The position numbers were made by a program, and so were the translations under genes. A stretch of 64,000 nucleotides of DNA. It comes from Christensenellaceae bacterium Phil1 (GTDB lineage Bacteria > Bacillota > Clostridia > Christensenellales > CAG-138). Numbering within the stretch: the first letter of the stretch is position 1; the number at the start of each line of letters is the position of its first letter. Location of the stretch: positions 19,107 to 83,106 of the forward strand of contig MSGS01000065.1 in NCBI GenBank assembly GCA_001940855.1. The letters run 5' to 3'. Shown here piece by piece: positions 7,137 through 18,692 of the stretch. The notes below the pieces were generated by a model that was not told the DNA's origin, did not search any database, and saw nothing but the letters and a program-made list of their open reading frames with translations.

Positions 7137-8465
7137 TTATTGCTTTTGTAAACGCCTGCTTTTGAACATTGTAATCAAACCAGTCGCGTCTGCCAGCAGC
7201 CAGCCTATGGGTATTGCCATCCATATGCCTATTTCGCCTATTTTTGCGGAAAGTATATACGCAAGCGCCACGCGCGTGCCCAGCGATATAACCGTAAGCA
7301 CAACGGACATTGCGGGCCGCTGCACCGCGCGGAAATAGCCATACAGCAGGAAAAGGCAGCCTATACCGAAATAGAACGCGCCTTCTATGCGAAGATATTT
7401 TATTCCCGCCAGTAGCACGGCTGTTTCGTTTGCGTCAATAAATATAAGCATCAGCGGGCGGGCAAATGCGAACACCAGCGCCGATATTGCCACGCTGAAC
7501 GCCGTGCTTATAATAAATGCTTGCTTCGTGCCCGCGCGTATGCGCCCATGGTCGCCCGCTCCATGGTTCTGCGCAACGAATGTGGAATAAGCGTTGCCGA
7601 AGTCCTGCACGGGAAGGTAGGCGAATGTGTCTATCTTCACCGCGGCGGCAAACGCGGCCATTACCGTAGCGCCGAAGCTGTTTACAAGCCCCTGCACCAT
7701 AAGTATGCCGAAGTTCATTACGGACTGCTGAAGGCAGGTGAGGGAGGACAGGCTGAATATATCCTTCAGTATAGGCTTGCTGAAGCACATATCCTCGTGC
7801 CTTGGGATAAGCTCCGGGCATTTGAAAAGCACATACAGGCATAAGCCCACCGCTGAAACGTACTGCGCAATAACCGTTGCCCAAGCTGCGCCCGCAATGC
7901 CCCAACTGAATACCAACACGAATATCAAGTCAAGCGCAATGTTCAGCACGGCGGATATCGCAAGGAAAATCAGCGGCACGGAAGAATTGCCAAGCGCGCG
8001 CAGCAGGCAGGAAACATAATTGTAAAGCGAGGTCGCAATAAGCCCAACGTATATAATTGCCAAATATTCGCGCATACCGCTGCGCACAGCGTCCGGCACG
8101 CGCAGGAACGAGAGAATTGGCTCCATGAAGGCGTATACTGCGGCGTTGAGCAGCACTGTTATAGAAAGGATGAGCACGAATGCGTGCAGTATGCCTGATC
8201 TCAGCGAAGAAGAATCGTTCCGCCCGCGGTATATCGAAAAAAGCGCGCCCGAACCCATGCTCAGCCCCAGGAATATGGAAGTGAGAAACGTAATAAGCGT
8301 ATAGGCCGAACCAACCGCGGCAAGCGCGTTTGCGCCAAGCGCACGGGATACGATAAGCGTATCGGCAATGTTATAAAACTGCTGCAGCATATTGCCCGCC
8401 ATCATTGGCAGCGCAAACAGAATGAGCGAGCGGGATATGCTCCCGCGCGTAAGGTCACGATACAT
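7137..8465 (-). CDS. MATE-family multidrug/toxic-compound efflux transporter
   Basis: 442 aa and about 12 TM helices. The N-terminus ILFALPMMAGNMLQQFYNIADTLIVSRALGANALAAVG is typical of MATE (NorM/DinF-type) proteins. GAGGAA RBS. Confidence 0.9.
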   Translation of the reverse strand: MYRDLTRGSISRSLILFALPMMAGNMLQQFYNIADTLIVSRALGANALAAVGSAYTLITFLTSIFLGLSMGSGALFSIYRGRNDSSSLRSGILHAFVLILSITVLLNAAVYAFMEPILSFLRVPDAVRSGMREYLAIIYVGLIATSLYNYVSCLLRALGNSSVPLIFLAISAVLNIALDLIFVLVFSWGIAGAAWATVIAQYVSAVGLCLYVLFKCPELIPRHEDMCFSKPILKDIFSLSSLTCLQQSVMNFGILMVQGLVNSFGATVMAAFAAAVKIDTFAYLPVQDFGNAYSTFVAQNHGAGDHGRIRAGTKQAFIISTAFSVAISALVFAFARPLMLIFIDANETAVLLAGIKYLRIEGAFYFGIGCLFLLYGYFRAVQRPAMSVVLTVISLGTRVALAYILSAKIGEIGIWMAIPIGWLLADATGLITMFKSRRLQKQ

Positions 8466-8550
8466 GGCACATTCCTCAACTGATGATAGTGATGCGAAAG
8501 CATATTATAAAAAATGCTTGCGCAATAGTCAACAATATTGCCTAAAATGT

Positions 8551-8578
8551 TTGTTTTTTGCCGCGCGCGTGGTATAAT
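8551..8578 (+). promoter_or_regulatory. Putative sigma-A-type promoter of proS (TTGTTT, 16 nt, TGGTATAAT extended -10)
   Basis: TTGTTT lies at 8551-8556 and TATAAT at 8573-8578, preceded by TGG. It sits about 55 nt upstream of the proS ATG. Confidence 0.45.
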
Positions 8579-8632
8579 GCAGGGTATGACAAAAACGGCG
8601 TTATCCCGTTAGGCGGATAGGAAAGGTGAAAC

Positions 8633-10369
8633 ATGAAAGTCAGCGAGCTGTTAGGCGAAAGGTATAAGGACAGGGTTGCGGAAATAGAAAGCCAAAACCT
8701 TATGGTAAGGGGCGGCTATATTAAGCAGGTGGGCAACGGCATATATTCCCTTATGCCTCCCGCGCGGCGTATACATAATAAGATAGAGGCGATATTGCGC
8801 CAGGAGATGGACAGGATAGACGGGCAGGAGGTACTGTTCCCCGTTACTATGCCCGCAACGCTTTGGCAGGCTTCCGGCCGCTGGGAAAGCGTCGGCAAGG
8901 AGCTTTTGCGCTTTAAGGACAGGAGCGGCGCGGATATGGTGCTTGGCATGACTCATGAAGAAGCGGCCGTGCATATGGCCATGAACGTGGCGAGCACATA
9001 TCAAAAGTACCCCTTTATGATATATCAGATACAGACTAAGTTCCGCGACGAGCCCCGTGCCCGCGGCGGCCTTATAAGGGTGCGCGAATTTACTATGAAG
9101 GATGCGTATTCCTTCCATACCTCTCAGAAGGATCTGGAGCGGTATTATAAGCGCTGCTACCGCGCGTATGAGCGCATATATGCCCGCGTAGGCATACCGG
9201 AAGTCGTTGCCGTTGCGTCCGATTCGGGCATGATGGGCGGCAAGGTTAGCCACGAGTTCATGCTGCTTACCGATATTGGCGAGGATACCATCGTCCTTTG
9301 CCCGGAGTGCGGCTACCGCGCGAACATGGAGGCGGCGGACTGCATAGTGCATAACGACCCCGATGAAGCCATGGCCCCGCTTGAAAAGGTTGCAACGTAT
9401 GACAACAAGACCATTGAGGAAGTGTGCAGCTTCCTGCACGGCAGCGCGGAAAAGAGCGCCAAGGCCGTTGTGTATCAGCGCAACGAGGACGACAGCTACG
9501 TTCTGGTATTCGTGCGCGGCGACCTTGAGGTGAACGAAACAAAGCTGAGGAACTATCTTAAGGCGGAGGTGCATCCCGCCGTTGAAATAGACCACGCCGG
9601 CCTTGTTGCGGGCGCGATAGGCCCCGTAAACCCCGCCAAGGGCATAACCGTGGTATATGACCGCTCGCTTATAGGCGCAAGGAATCTTATATGCGGCGCG
9701 AATGAAGAAGGCTACCACTTCACAGGGCTCAACATGGATAGGGACGTGCCTAATGCCGAATATGTGGACGTTGCCAAGGCGACCGTGGGCGGCGTATGCC
9801 CCAAGTGCGGCAAGCATTCGCTTACCATTAAAAACGGCATAGAGGTCGGCAACATATTCCAGCTTGGCCGCCGCTACACCGAATCCATGGGCATGACCTA
9901 TGACGATGAAAAGGGCAACCGCGTCAACCCCATAATGGGCTGCTACGGCATAGGCGTGGGCAGGCTGATGGCCAGCGTGTGCGAGGAGCATCATGACCAG
10001 TACGGCCCGGTATGGCCCATATCAATAGCCCCTTGGGAAATAGAGATATGCGCCCTGCGTGCGGATCAGGCGCACGTTAAGGAGGAAGCCAATAAGCTTT
10101 ATAAGTCACTTATGGACGAAGGCTACGAAGTGCTGTTTGACGACCGCACCGTGTCCGCAGGCTTCATGTTCTCGGATGCAGACCTTTTGGGCAGCCCCGT
10201 GCGCATAGTAATATCGCCCAAGACGCTTGACCGCGGCGTGGTTGAAATAGTTACAAGGGACAAGACCATAAAGGAGGACGTTCCCCTTGAATGCGCCATG
10301 CAGCGCACCAAGGAAATAGTGGCGGAGCTTTACGCGCGCATAAACAGCCACGTTCCCGAAAGCATATAA
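8633..10369 (+). CDS. proS: Proline--tRNA ligase (bacterial type with insertion/editing domain)
   Basis: 578 aa. The sequence NLMVRGGYIKQVGNGIYSLMPPARRIHNKIEAILRQEMDRIDGQEVLFPVTMPATLWQASGRWESVGKELLRFKDR is the class II ProRS motif region. The C-terminal anticodon-binding domain is present. Confidence 0.95.
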   Translation: MKVSELLGERYKDRVAEIESQNLMVRGGYIKQVGNGIYSLMPPARRIHNKIEAILRQEMDRIDGQEVLFPVTMPATLWQASGRWESVGKELLRFKDRSGADMVLGMTHEEAAVHMAMNVASTYQKYPFMIYQIQTKFRDEPRARGGLIRVREFTMKDAYSFHTSQKDLERYYKRCYRAYERIYARVGIPEVVAVASDSGMMGGKVSHEFMLLTDIGEDTIVLCPECGYRANMEAADCIVHNDPDEAMAPLEKVATYDNKTIEEVCSFLHGSAEKSAKAVVYQRNEDDSYVLVFVRGDLEVNETKLRNYLKAEVHPAVEIDHAGLVAGAIGPVNPAKGITVVYDRSLIGARNLICGANEEGYHFTGLNMDRDVPNAEYVDVAKATVGGVCPKCGKHSLTIKNGIEVGNIFQLGRRYTESMGMTYDDEKGNRVNPIMGCYGIGVGRLMASVCEEHHDQYGPVWPISIAPWEIEICALRADQAHVKEEANKLYKSLMDEGYEVLFDDRTVSAGFMFSDADLLGSPVRIVISPKTLDRGVVEIVTRDKTIKEDVPLECAMQRTKEIVAELYARINSHVPESI

Positions 10370-10382
10370 TTTAAGCTGAAGT

Positions 10383-10419
10383 AAAAAAGCGGGCAGTCCG
10401 GTAAGGGCTGTCCGCTTTT
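10383..10419. terminator. Bidirectional rho-independent terminator between proS and the convergent membrane-protein gene
   Basis: The stem pairs AAAAGCGGGCAG with CTGTCCGCTTTT, flanked by A and T tracts. Confidence 0.6.
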
Positions 10420-10433
10420 GCGCAGTATAAAGC

Positions 10434-11117
10434 TTATTCTTCACCGCTTTGTATGCGCCGCTGCATAGCGTATGCGTGGCGCAGCATGTATATTGCCATG
10501 GCAATAACGCCTATGCATATCACGCCGCCGGTTATTGCGTTCATGCGGCGGGGATACATTTCGGTATCGGGTGAAAAGCGGGCTATGAGCGCCGTTTGCA
10601 GGCCCAGCATGGACATCATTGCCGCAACAAGATTCACAGCCCTTGCCGCGGAAAGAATTGGCATGCCGAAGCGGCGGGATTTGGCAAGGTTGACTATTGC
10701 GCTTATGAACATATAAAACGCATGCAACGCGGAAAGATAAATGATATAGCCTGGGTAATTATAGCGAAGGTTGGCTATTACCATCAGCGATATCATCGCA
10801 CCCATTGCCGCATTGAGCGCAAGGAGCATAAACCCCGTGCGGCGGTAGCAGGAATATTCATAATAAAGCCGCTCGCTGCCGCCAAGCGGAGCCGCGCGCC
10901 GCATGCCGAAAATGAGATACGCCCTAAGCATACCAAGCACGGCATAGTACACGGCCATGGATAAGAACCAGCGGGAGCCGTATCTAAGTCCGACTATCGT
11001 GCGGAAGGCGGCATACAGTATATCGACTGCCAAGCCGATATAAATGCCCGCAAGGCTTCTGAATTGCGCATCGCGTATATATCTTGTCAAAAGCCGCACG
11101 GGCATGGTTCGCTTCAT
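10434..11117 (-). CDS. Hypothetical multi-pass membrane protein
   Basis: 227 aa with about 6 hydrophobic helices and an AGAGG RBS. No recognisable catalytic motif. Confidence 0.65.
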   Translation of the reverse strand: MKRTMPVRLLTRYIRDAQFRSLAGIYIGLAVDILYAAFRTIVGLRYGSRWFLSMAVYYAVLGMLRAYLIFGMRRAAPLGGSERLYYEYSCYRRTGFMLLALNAAMGAMISLMVIANLRYNYPGYIIYLSALHAFYMFISAIVNLAKSRRFGMPILSAARAVNLVAAMMSMLGLQTALIARFSPDTEMYPRRMNAITGGVICIGVIAMAIYMLRHAYAMQRRIQSGEE

Positions 11118-11291
11118 TTGCTACCTCTTGGATTTACTGTAATTATAGTTTAACGCCTGCGCAATATTTTTTGCAAGTGCTATCTTTTTTTACATTCTTG
11201 CCGCATAGCTGTTTTTGTTTTTGCGCATAACCATGGTATAATATAAATTCAGCATGAAAAATGCTTTATGGCAACGAAAGGAAAGATTACT

Positions 11292-13457
11292 ATGGGTCTG
11301 CCGGCAAAACTGGTTCACTCTCAATTGAACTTCTTCAAGCCGCTGGTGGCTAACTGTTCGCTGGAAACTATACGCCGCGGGCAGGATAAGCTGGGCGAGC
11401 TGATGGAAGCCATACACAGGAAGGACGTGATCACGCGCGATCATGCCTTCGCAAACTTTGAAGGCGCGTGGATAATACCCAAGGACGAGCGCAGGCAGGG
11501 CGTTATGCTTTACCTGCACGGCGGGGGATACACCTGCGGAGACCTTGACTACGCAAAGGGCTTTGGCGCAACGCTTGCGGACGAGGAAGGCGTGCGCGTG
11601 TTTGCTGCGGCATACAGGCTGGCGCCGGAAAGCCCATACCCTGCGGCGGTGGAGGACGCGCTGGAAGCATATAACTACCTTCGGCAGAAGGGCTATAAGC
11701 CGGAGCATATAATGCTCTGCGGCGAAAGCGCGGGCGGCGGGCTGTGCTTTGCACTGTGCTTAAAGCTGAAGGAGCTTTCGCTGCCGCTGCCCTGCGGAAT
11801 AATAGCCATTTCCCCGTGGGCGGACCTTACGGCCTCCGGCAGCACATACGAGACAAACCGCGAAAAGGATGTTTCGCTCACGGCAGAGGTGCTGGAGTTT
11901 TACGCCCAATGCTACGCCGGTGAGCACGACAGGCGGGAGCAGACAATATCGCCCCTGTTCGGGGAGCTTACGGGCATGCCGCCTTCGCTCATATTCGCTG
12001 GCGGGGACGAAATACTGCTGGATGATTCCGTGCGGCTCAGCAGGCGGCTGACCGAGTGCGGCTGCAAGAGCAGGCTTATAATCGCGCCGGAGCGTTGGCA
12101 CGCATATGTGCTGTATCAGCTTAATGAAAATCAGGATGATTTCACAGCCATAAACGCTTTCCTCAACGACCATCTTTGCCCGGAAAGAAAGCTTAGATGG
12201 ATGCGGCTGGACAACGCGGCGAAGATTTACCCCGCGGCAAGGCGGAAAAACTGGAATAATTTCTTCCGCGTGTCCGCCACTATGACGGAAAACGTGGACA
12301 GGGAGGTGCTTCAGGCCGCGCTGGACGTTACGGTGCGGCGGTTCCCGTCCATAGCCGTGCGGCTGAGGCGGGGCACGTTCTGGTATTACCTGGAGGAGCT
12401 TTCAAACGCGCCCAAGATTCGGGACGAGAAGGCTTACCCGCTGGCGTATGTGCCTTTCAAGGAGGTGCGGGAGTGCGCGTTTAGGGTTATAGTATACAAA
12501 AAGCGCATAGCGGTGGAGTTCTTCCACGCGCTGACGGACGGCAACGGCGCGCTGACATTCGTTAAAACGCTGGTTGCGGAATACATAACGCAGAAATACG
12601 GCGTGGAGATACCCAATGAGGACGGCGTACTCTGCCGCCTGGAAGCGCCAAGCGATGAGGAGCTGGAGGACAGCTTCCTTAAATTCAGCGGGGATGTGCG
12701 CGCCAGCCGCAGCGAAAAAACGGCGTATCACCTGAGCGGCACGCCGGAGGAAAACGGCTTTGTGGACATTGTTACGCTTATGCTCAGCGCGGACGATGTG
12801 CGCAAAAAGGCAAAGGAGCACGGCGTTACCGTGACGGAGTTCCTGTGCGCGGCAATGATGGAGGCCATACTTGAAATTCAGGCGGAAATGGTGCATTCCC
12901 GCCGCAGGAGAAAGCCGGTAAAGGTGCTTATACCCGTTAACCTGAGGAAGCTTTTTTCAAGCAAAACGCTCAGGAACTTTGCCCTGTACATAACGCCGGA
13001 GGTCGATCCCACGCTCGGGGAATACACGTTCGATGAAATATGCGCCATAGTGCATCACCGCATGGGGCTTGACTACACCGCAAAGCTTATGGGCACCCGC
13101 ATTGCTACCAACGTGAGCAGCGAGCGGGCGCTTGCGCTGAAGGTTATGCCGCTTTTCATAAAGAACATTGCAATGAAGGCCGTGTTCGATGCGGTGGGGG
13201 AAAGGAAAAGCTGCCTGTGCCTATCCAACCTTGGCAACGTTACGCTGCCCGGGGATATGCCAAAGTATGTTGAGCGGATGGATTTCATAATAGGCGTGCA
13301 GGCGCGCGCGCCGCACAACTGCGGCATAATAACATACAACGGCACAATGTACATAAACATGATCCGCAACATAAAGGAGCCGGAGCTTGAGCTGAGGTTC
13401 TTCCGCGCGCTCAAGCGGCAGGGGCTTAACGCCGCCGTGGAGAGCAATCAGGCTTAA
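11292..13457 (+). CDS. Fusion protein: N-terminal alpha/beta-hydrolase (HSL-type esterase/lipase) and C-terminal condensation/alcohol-acyltransferase-like domain
   Basis: The oxyanion motif LHGGGY and nucleophile elbow GESAGG occur in the first ~300 aa. The acyltransferase motif HALTDGNG (HxxxDG) occurs in the C-terminal ~420 aa. I chose the start at ATG 11292 (RBS GAAAGGAAAG); an alternative ATG at 11268 has no RBS. Confidence 0.75.
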   Translation: MGLPAKLVHSQLNFFKPLVANCSLETIRRGQDKLGELMEAIHRKDVITRDHAFANFEGAWIIPKDERRQGVMLYLHGGGYTCGDLDYAKGFGATLADEEGVRVFAAAYRLAPESPYPAAVEDALEAYNYLRQKGYKPEHIMLCGESAGGGLCFALCLKLKELSLPLPCGIIAISPWADLTASGSTYETNREKDVSLTAEVLEFYAQCYAGEHDRREQTISPLFGELTGMPPSLIFAGGDEILLDDSVRLSRRLTECGCKSRLIIAPERWHAYVLYQLNENQDDFTAINAFLNDHLCPERKLRWMRLDNAAKIYPAARRKNWNNFFRVSATMTENVDREVLQAALDVTVRRFPSIAVRLRRGTFWYYLEELSNAPKIRDEKAYPLAYVPFKEVRECAFRVIVYKKRIAVEFFHALTDGNGALTFVKTLVAEYITQKYGVEIPNEDGVLCRLEAPSDEELEDSFLKFSGDVRASRSEKTAYHLSGTPEENGFVDIVTLMLSADDVRKKAKEHGVTVTEFLCAAMMEAILEIQAEMVHSRRRRKPVKVLIPVNLRKLFSSKTLRNFALYITPEVDPTLGEYTFDEICAIVHHRMGLDYTAKLMGTRIATNVSSERALALKVMPLFIKNIAMKAVFDAVGERKSCLCLSNLGNVTLPGDMPKYVERMDFIIGVQARAPHNCGIITYNGTMYINMIRNIKEPELELRFFRALKRQGLNAAVESNQA

Positions 13458-13489
13458 ACGGACGGGAAAGAAAGGAGAGACGAATACAT

Positions 13490-14188
13490 ATGTATTGCAT
13501 AAAATGCGGAGTGGAGCTGAAGGACAGCGAGGAAAAATGCCCGCTTTGCGGCACGGTGGTGTTCCATCCGGACATGAAGCGGCCGGACGGTGAAAAGCCG
13601 TATCCCGCCGAAAGCAGGCGGCCTGCCGAAACGGCCAGCCGCTCGGGCATGCTGTTCATAACAAGCATAATGTTCTTGGTGCCGTTCGTGCTGTCGCTGC
13701 TGTGCGACTGGAAGGTGAACGGAACGCTTGTATGGTCGGGCTATGCGGCGGGCGCACTTGCGCTTGTATACATAATAGTAGTGCTGCCCATGTGGTTCCG
13801 CCATGCAACGCCGGTTATATTCGTTGCGGCGGACTTTGTGGCGATAGGGCTATATTTACTGTATATCGATTTTGCCGTGAACGGGCATTGGTTCCTTTCC
13901 TTCGCGTTCCCCGTGACCGGCGGGGCTATGCTTATTGCCTGCGCCGCGGTAACTCTGCTGCATTATCTTAGGAAAGGCCACCTGTTCGTGTACGCGGGCA
14001 CGCTCATAGCCATTGGCGGCTTCGCGGTGCTTGTGGAGTTCCTTATAAACATAACGTTCCATGTGAGCGATACGCTCGTGTGGTCGCTGTATCCGCTGGC
14101 GTGCAGCCTTATATTCGGCGTAACGCTTATCGTTATCGCCTGCTGCCCCAAGATGCGCGAGGGACTGAGAAGGAAGTTCTTTATATAG
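13490..14188 (+). CDS. Zinc-ribbon domain membrane protein
   Basis: The N-terminus MYCIKCGVELKDSEEKCPLCG has two CxxC pairs and is followed by about 5 TM helices. AGGAGAG RBS. Confidence 0.75.
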   Translation: MYCIKCGVELKDSEEKCPLCGTVVFHPDMKRPDGEKPYPAESRRPAETASRSGMLFITSIMFLVPFVLSLLCDWKVNGTLVWSGYAAGALALVYIIVVLPMWFRHATPVIFVAADFVAIGLYLLYIDFAVNGHWFLSFAFPVTGGAMLIACAAVTLLHYLRKGHLFVYAGTLIAIGGFAVLVEFLINITFHVSDTLVWSLYPLACSLIFGVTLIVIACCPKMREGLRRKFFI

Positions 14189-14208
14189 GGGCTGCGGTAA
14201 ATACAAAC

Positions 14209-14240
14209 AAACCGGGGGACGGCAATCCGTCCCCCGGTTT
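14209..14240. terminator. Bidirectional rho-independent terminator (AAACCGGGGGACGG-CAAT-CCGTCCCCCGGTTT)
   Basis: A perfect 14-bp stem sits between convergent genes (13490-14188 on + and ppdK on -). Its core, GGGGGACGGCAATCCGTCCCCC, recurs at 39670-39691. Confidence 0.75.
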
Positions 14241-14269
14241 AGCTTTATTCAAACCTGAATACTTATTTC

Positions 14270-16897
<2,628 letters not shown>

Positions 16898-16989
16898 TGA
16901 TTTCAGTCCTCCAATATTCAATTTAAATAAAAACACATTGTCGTGCAAAGGGGCAGCCGCCCTTTCGCACTTAATGGACATTATACTAT

Positions 16990-17018
16990 TATTCTCCCAT
17001 ACAGGCAAGCAAAAACAT
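16990..17018 (-). promoter_or_regulatory. Putative ppdK promoter (TTGCCT, 17 nt, TATAAT on the minus strand)
   Basis: The reverse complement reads TTGCCTgtatgggagaataatagTATAAT. A stable 5' hairpin (GTGCGAAAGGG/CCCTTTGCAC) follows in the ~90-nt leader. Confidence 0.5.
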
Positions 17019-17172
17019 AAGCCTATGCAAGATTTTTGTGCTATCCTGCGCATTTATGGGGGCATTGCCTCCGCTTATGGATAAAAGAATGTTATTATCG
17101 GCGCAAATTGATATGAACTGTCACATATATGTTATAATTTACACATATATATGCCCATATTCTCCCCCGCTA

Positions 17173-17201
17173 TTGGCTAACGCCTTAAAATATGCTACAA
17201 T
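17173..17201 (+). promoter_or_regulatory. Putative promoter (TTGGCT, 17 nt, TGcTACAAT) directly abutting the ATG at 17208; a leaderless mRNA is likely
   Basis: TTGGCT lies at 17173-17178 and an extended -10 (TGCTACAAT) ends at 17201. Only 6 nt separate the -10 from the ATG, and there is no Shine-Dalgarno. Confidence 0.5.
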
Positions 17202-17207
17202 ACGGCT

Positions 17208-18071
17208 ATGTTTGGATATATTGAGCCGGATAAGGGCGAACTGAAGATGAAGGAGCTTACGCGCTACCGCGCGTTTTACTGCGCCCTGTGCAAAAGCATA
17301 GGCGCGCGGTATTCCCAAACCGCCCGATTGACGCTCAATTACGACTGCGCATTTTTCGCCCTTGCGCTATGCAATACGCTGGGGCCGGGCAGATGCGTGC
17401 CGATGCGTTGCGGCTATAAGCCGCTGAAGAAGCCCATGCCCATAATAGAGCAAAGCGCGGGCATAGACTTTGCCGCAGACGTAAACGTTGCCCTTGCGTA
17501 CAACAAGCTTTGCGACGACATTGCGGACGAGCGCGGGCAGAAGCGCATACGCGCCAAGGTGGGCCACGCCGCGCTGAAGCAGGACTATGCCAAGGTAAGG
17601 CGATATAACAAAGCCCTGTGCGGCGCAATAGAGCGCAGCATGGCGGAGCTGAACGCCATAGAAAAAAGCATGGACGGCAGCATAGACGCCCCCGCCGCCG
17701 CGTTTGCGGGGCTGATGCACTCCGCAGCGCTTTGCGCACCGATAGAGAGCATGCCCATAAGGAAGGCCTTTGCCGCGCTGTGCGCCGCGCTGGGCCGCTG
17801 GGTATATATAATGGATGCATGGGACGACCGCGCGCGGGACAGGGAAAGCGGCGCATACAACGCGTTTAACATTGCCGCAAAGGACGCAAACGAGGCCGAG
17901 CTTCGCGAACGGGCGGAGATAATGCTTTTCAATTCGCTCAGGGAAGCGGAGGAAGCATATATGCTGCTTAGGCCCCTTGAGGACGGGGCTATAATAGAAA
18001 ACATACTGAAAGAGGGCTGCGGGCTGAAAACGCGCCGCTTAATTGGAGGGAACGATGACGAATCCGTATAA
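17208..18071 (+). CDS. Hypothetical protein, DUF5685-like (Cys-containing N-terminus MFGYIEP...YCALCKSIG)
   Basis: 287-aa ORF. The family assignment is from my recollection of the MFGY-/YCxLC N-terminal pattern and was not searched. Its 3' end overlaps the J-domain gene. Confidence 0.65.
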   Translation: MFGYIEPDKGELKMKELTRYRAFYCALCKSIGARYSQTARLTLNYDCAFFALALCNTLGPGRCVPMRCGYKPLKKPMPIIEQSAGIDFAADVNVALAYNKLCDDIADERGQKRIRAKVGHAALKQDYAKVRRYNKALCGAIERSMAELNAIEKSMDGSIDAPAAAFAGLMHSAALCAPIESMPIRKAFAALCAALGRWVYIMDAWDDRARDRESGAYNAFNIAAKDANEAELRERAEIMLFNSLREAEEAYMLLRPLEDGAIIENILKEGCGLKTRRLIGGNDDESV

Positions 18072-18681
18072 GGTATTGGGCGTGAACGAGGGCGCAACGA
18101 ACGAGGAGATACGCGCAGCGTATCTTTCGCTGGTGAAAAAATACCATCCGGATAAGTATACCGACCCGGATATGAAGCAGCTTGCCAACGAAAAGCTGAA
18201 GGAGATAAACGAAGCCTACGACCAGCTTACCAAAAACCCCGGGAAAACCGCGTCCAGCGGATATTCCGGCGCAGCATACGGCGCGGGCGGCCACGGCGGG
18301 AGCTATTCCGGCCCCGAGGCGGACAGGTTCATACGTGTGCGCGGCCTTATAAACGCCGGCAATCTGGACGGGGCAAAGACAATACTTGACAGCATACAGA
18401 CCCGCAACGCGGAATGGTACTATCTGTACGGCATAATATATCTTAGGCAGGGCTGGTACGACAAGGCGCGGGAGTTCCTCGGACGGGCGTACCGCACGGA
18501 GCCGGGCAACGCGGAATATGCCCAAGCCTACAACACGCTGCGCTACACGGGCAACCCGTATTCCCGCCCGCGGCAGAGCACAAGCTACGGCAATTGCTCC
18601 GCGTGCGACATATGCTCCGGCCTTATGTGCGCGGACTGCTGCTGCGAATGCATGGGCGGCGATTTGATACGCTGCTGCTGA
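18055..18681 (+). CDS. J-domain (DnaJ-like) protein with TPR-like middle region and an extremely Cys-rich C-terminal tail
   Basis: NPYKVLGVNEGATNEEIRAAYLSLVKKYHPDKY contains the HPD motif. The C-terminus NCSACDICSGLMCADCCCECMGGDLIRCC has 11 Cys in 29 aa. ATG 18055 is preceded by GGAGGG; the track start at 18043 is TTG inside that RBS. Confidence 0.85.
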   Translation: MTNPYKVLGVNEGATNEEIRAAYLSLVKKYHPDKYTDPDMKQLANEKLKEINEAYDQLTKNPGKTASSGYSGAAYGAGGHGGSYSGPEADRFIRVRGLINAGNLDGAKTILDSIQTRNAEWYYLYGIIYLRQGWYDKAREFLGRAYRTEPGNAEYAQAYNTLRYTGNPYSRPRQSTSYGNCSACDICSGLMCADCCCECMGGDLIRCC

Positions 18682-18692
18682 GGTGACGCAAA

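Noticed and set aside
8466-8632. T-box leader upstream of proS
   Set aside because: The distance from the predicted -10 (8573-8578) to the ATG is only about 55 nt, too short for a T-box (normally about 200 nt or more). I saw no specifier-loop or T-box sequence.
8651-9994. 447-aa ORF on the minus strand
   Set aside because: It is antisense to proS. The composition is Ala/His/Gly/Arg-rich, and there is no RBS or recognisable motif.
16898-17053. N-terminal 52-aa extension of the ppdK ORF, with analogous extensions at 22470-22760, 36900-36977, 27084-27110, 23912-23944, 53664-53786 and 51982-52053
   Set aside because: In each case an internal start with a strong Shine-Dalgarno matches the conserved protein N-terminus. 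The extension overlaps promoter or intergenic sequence, and in one case the divergent lysR-type gene.
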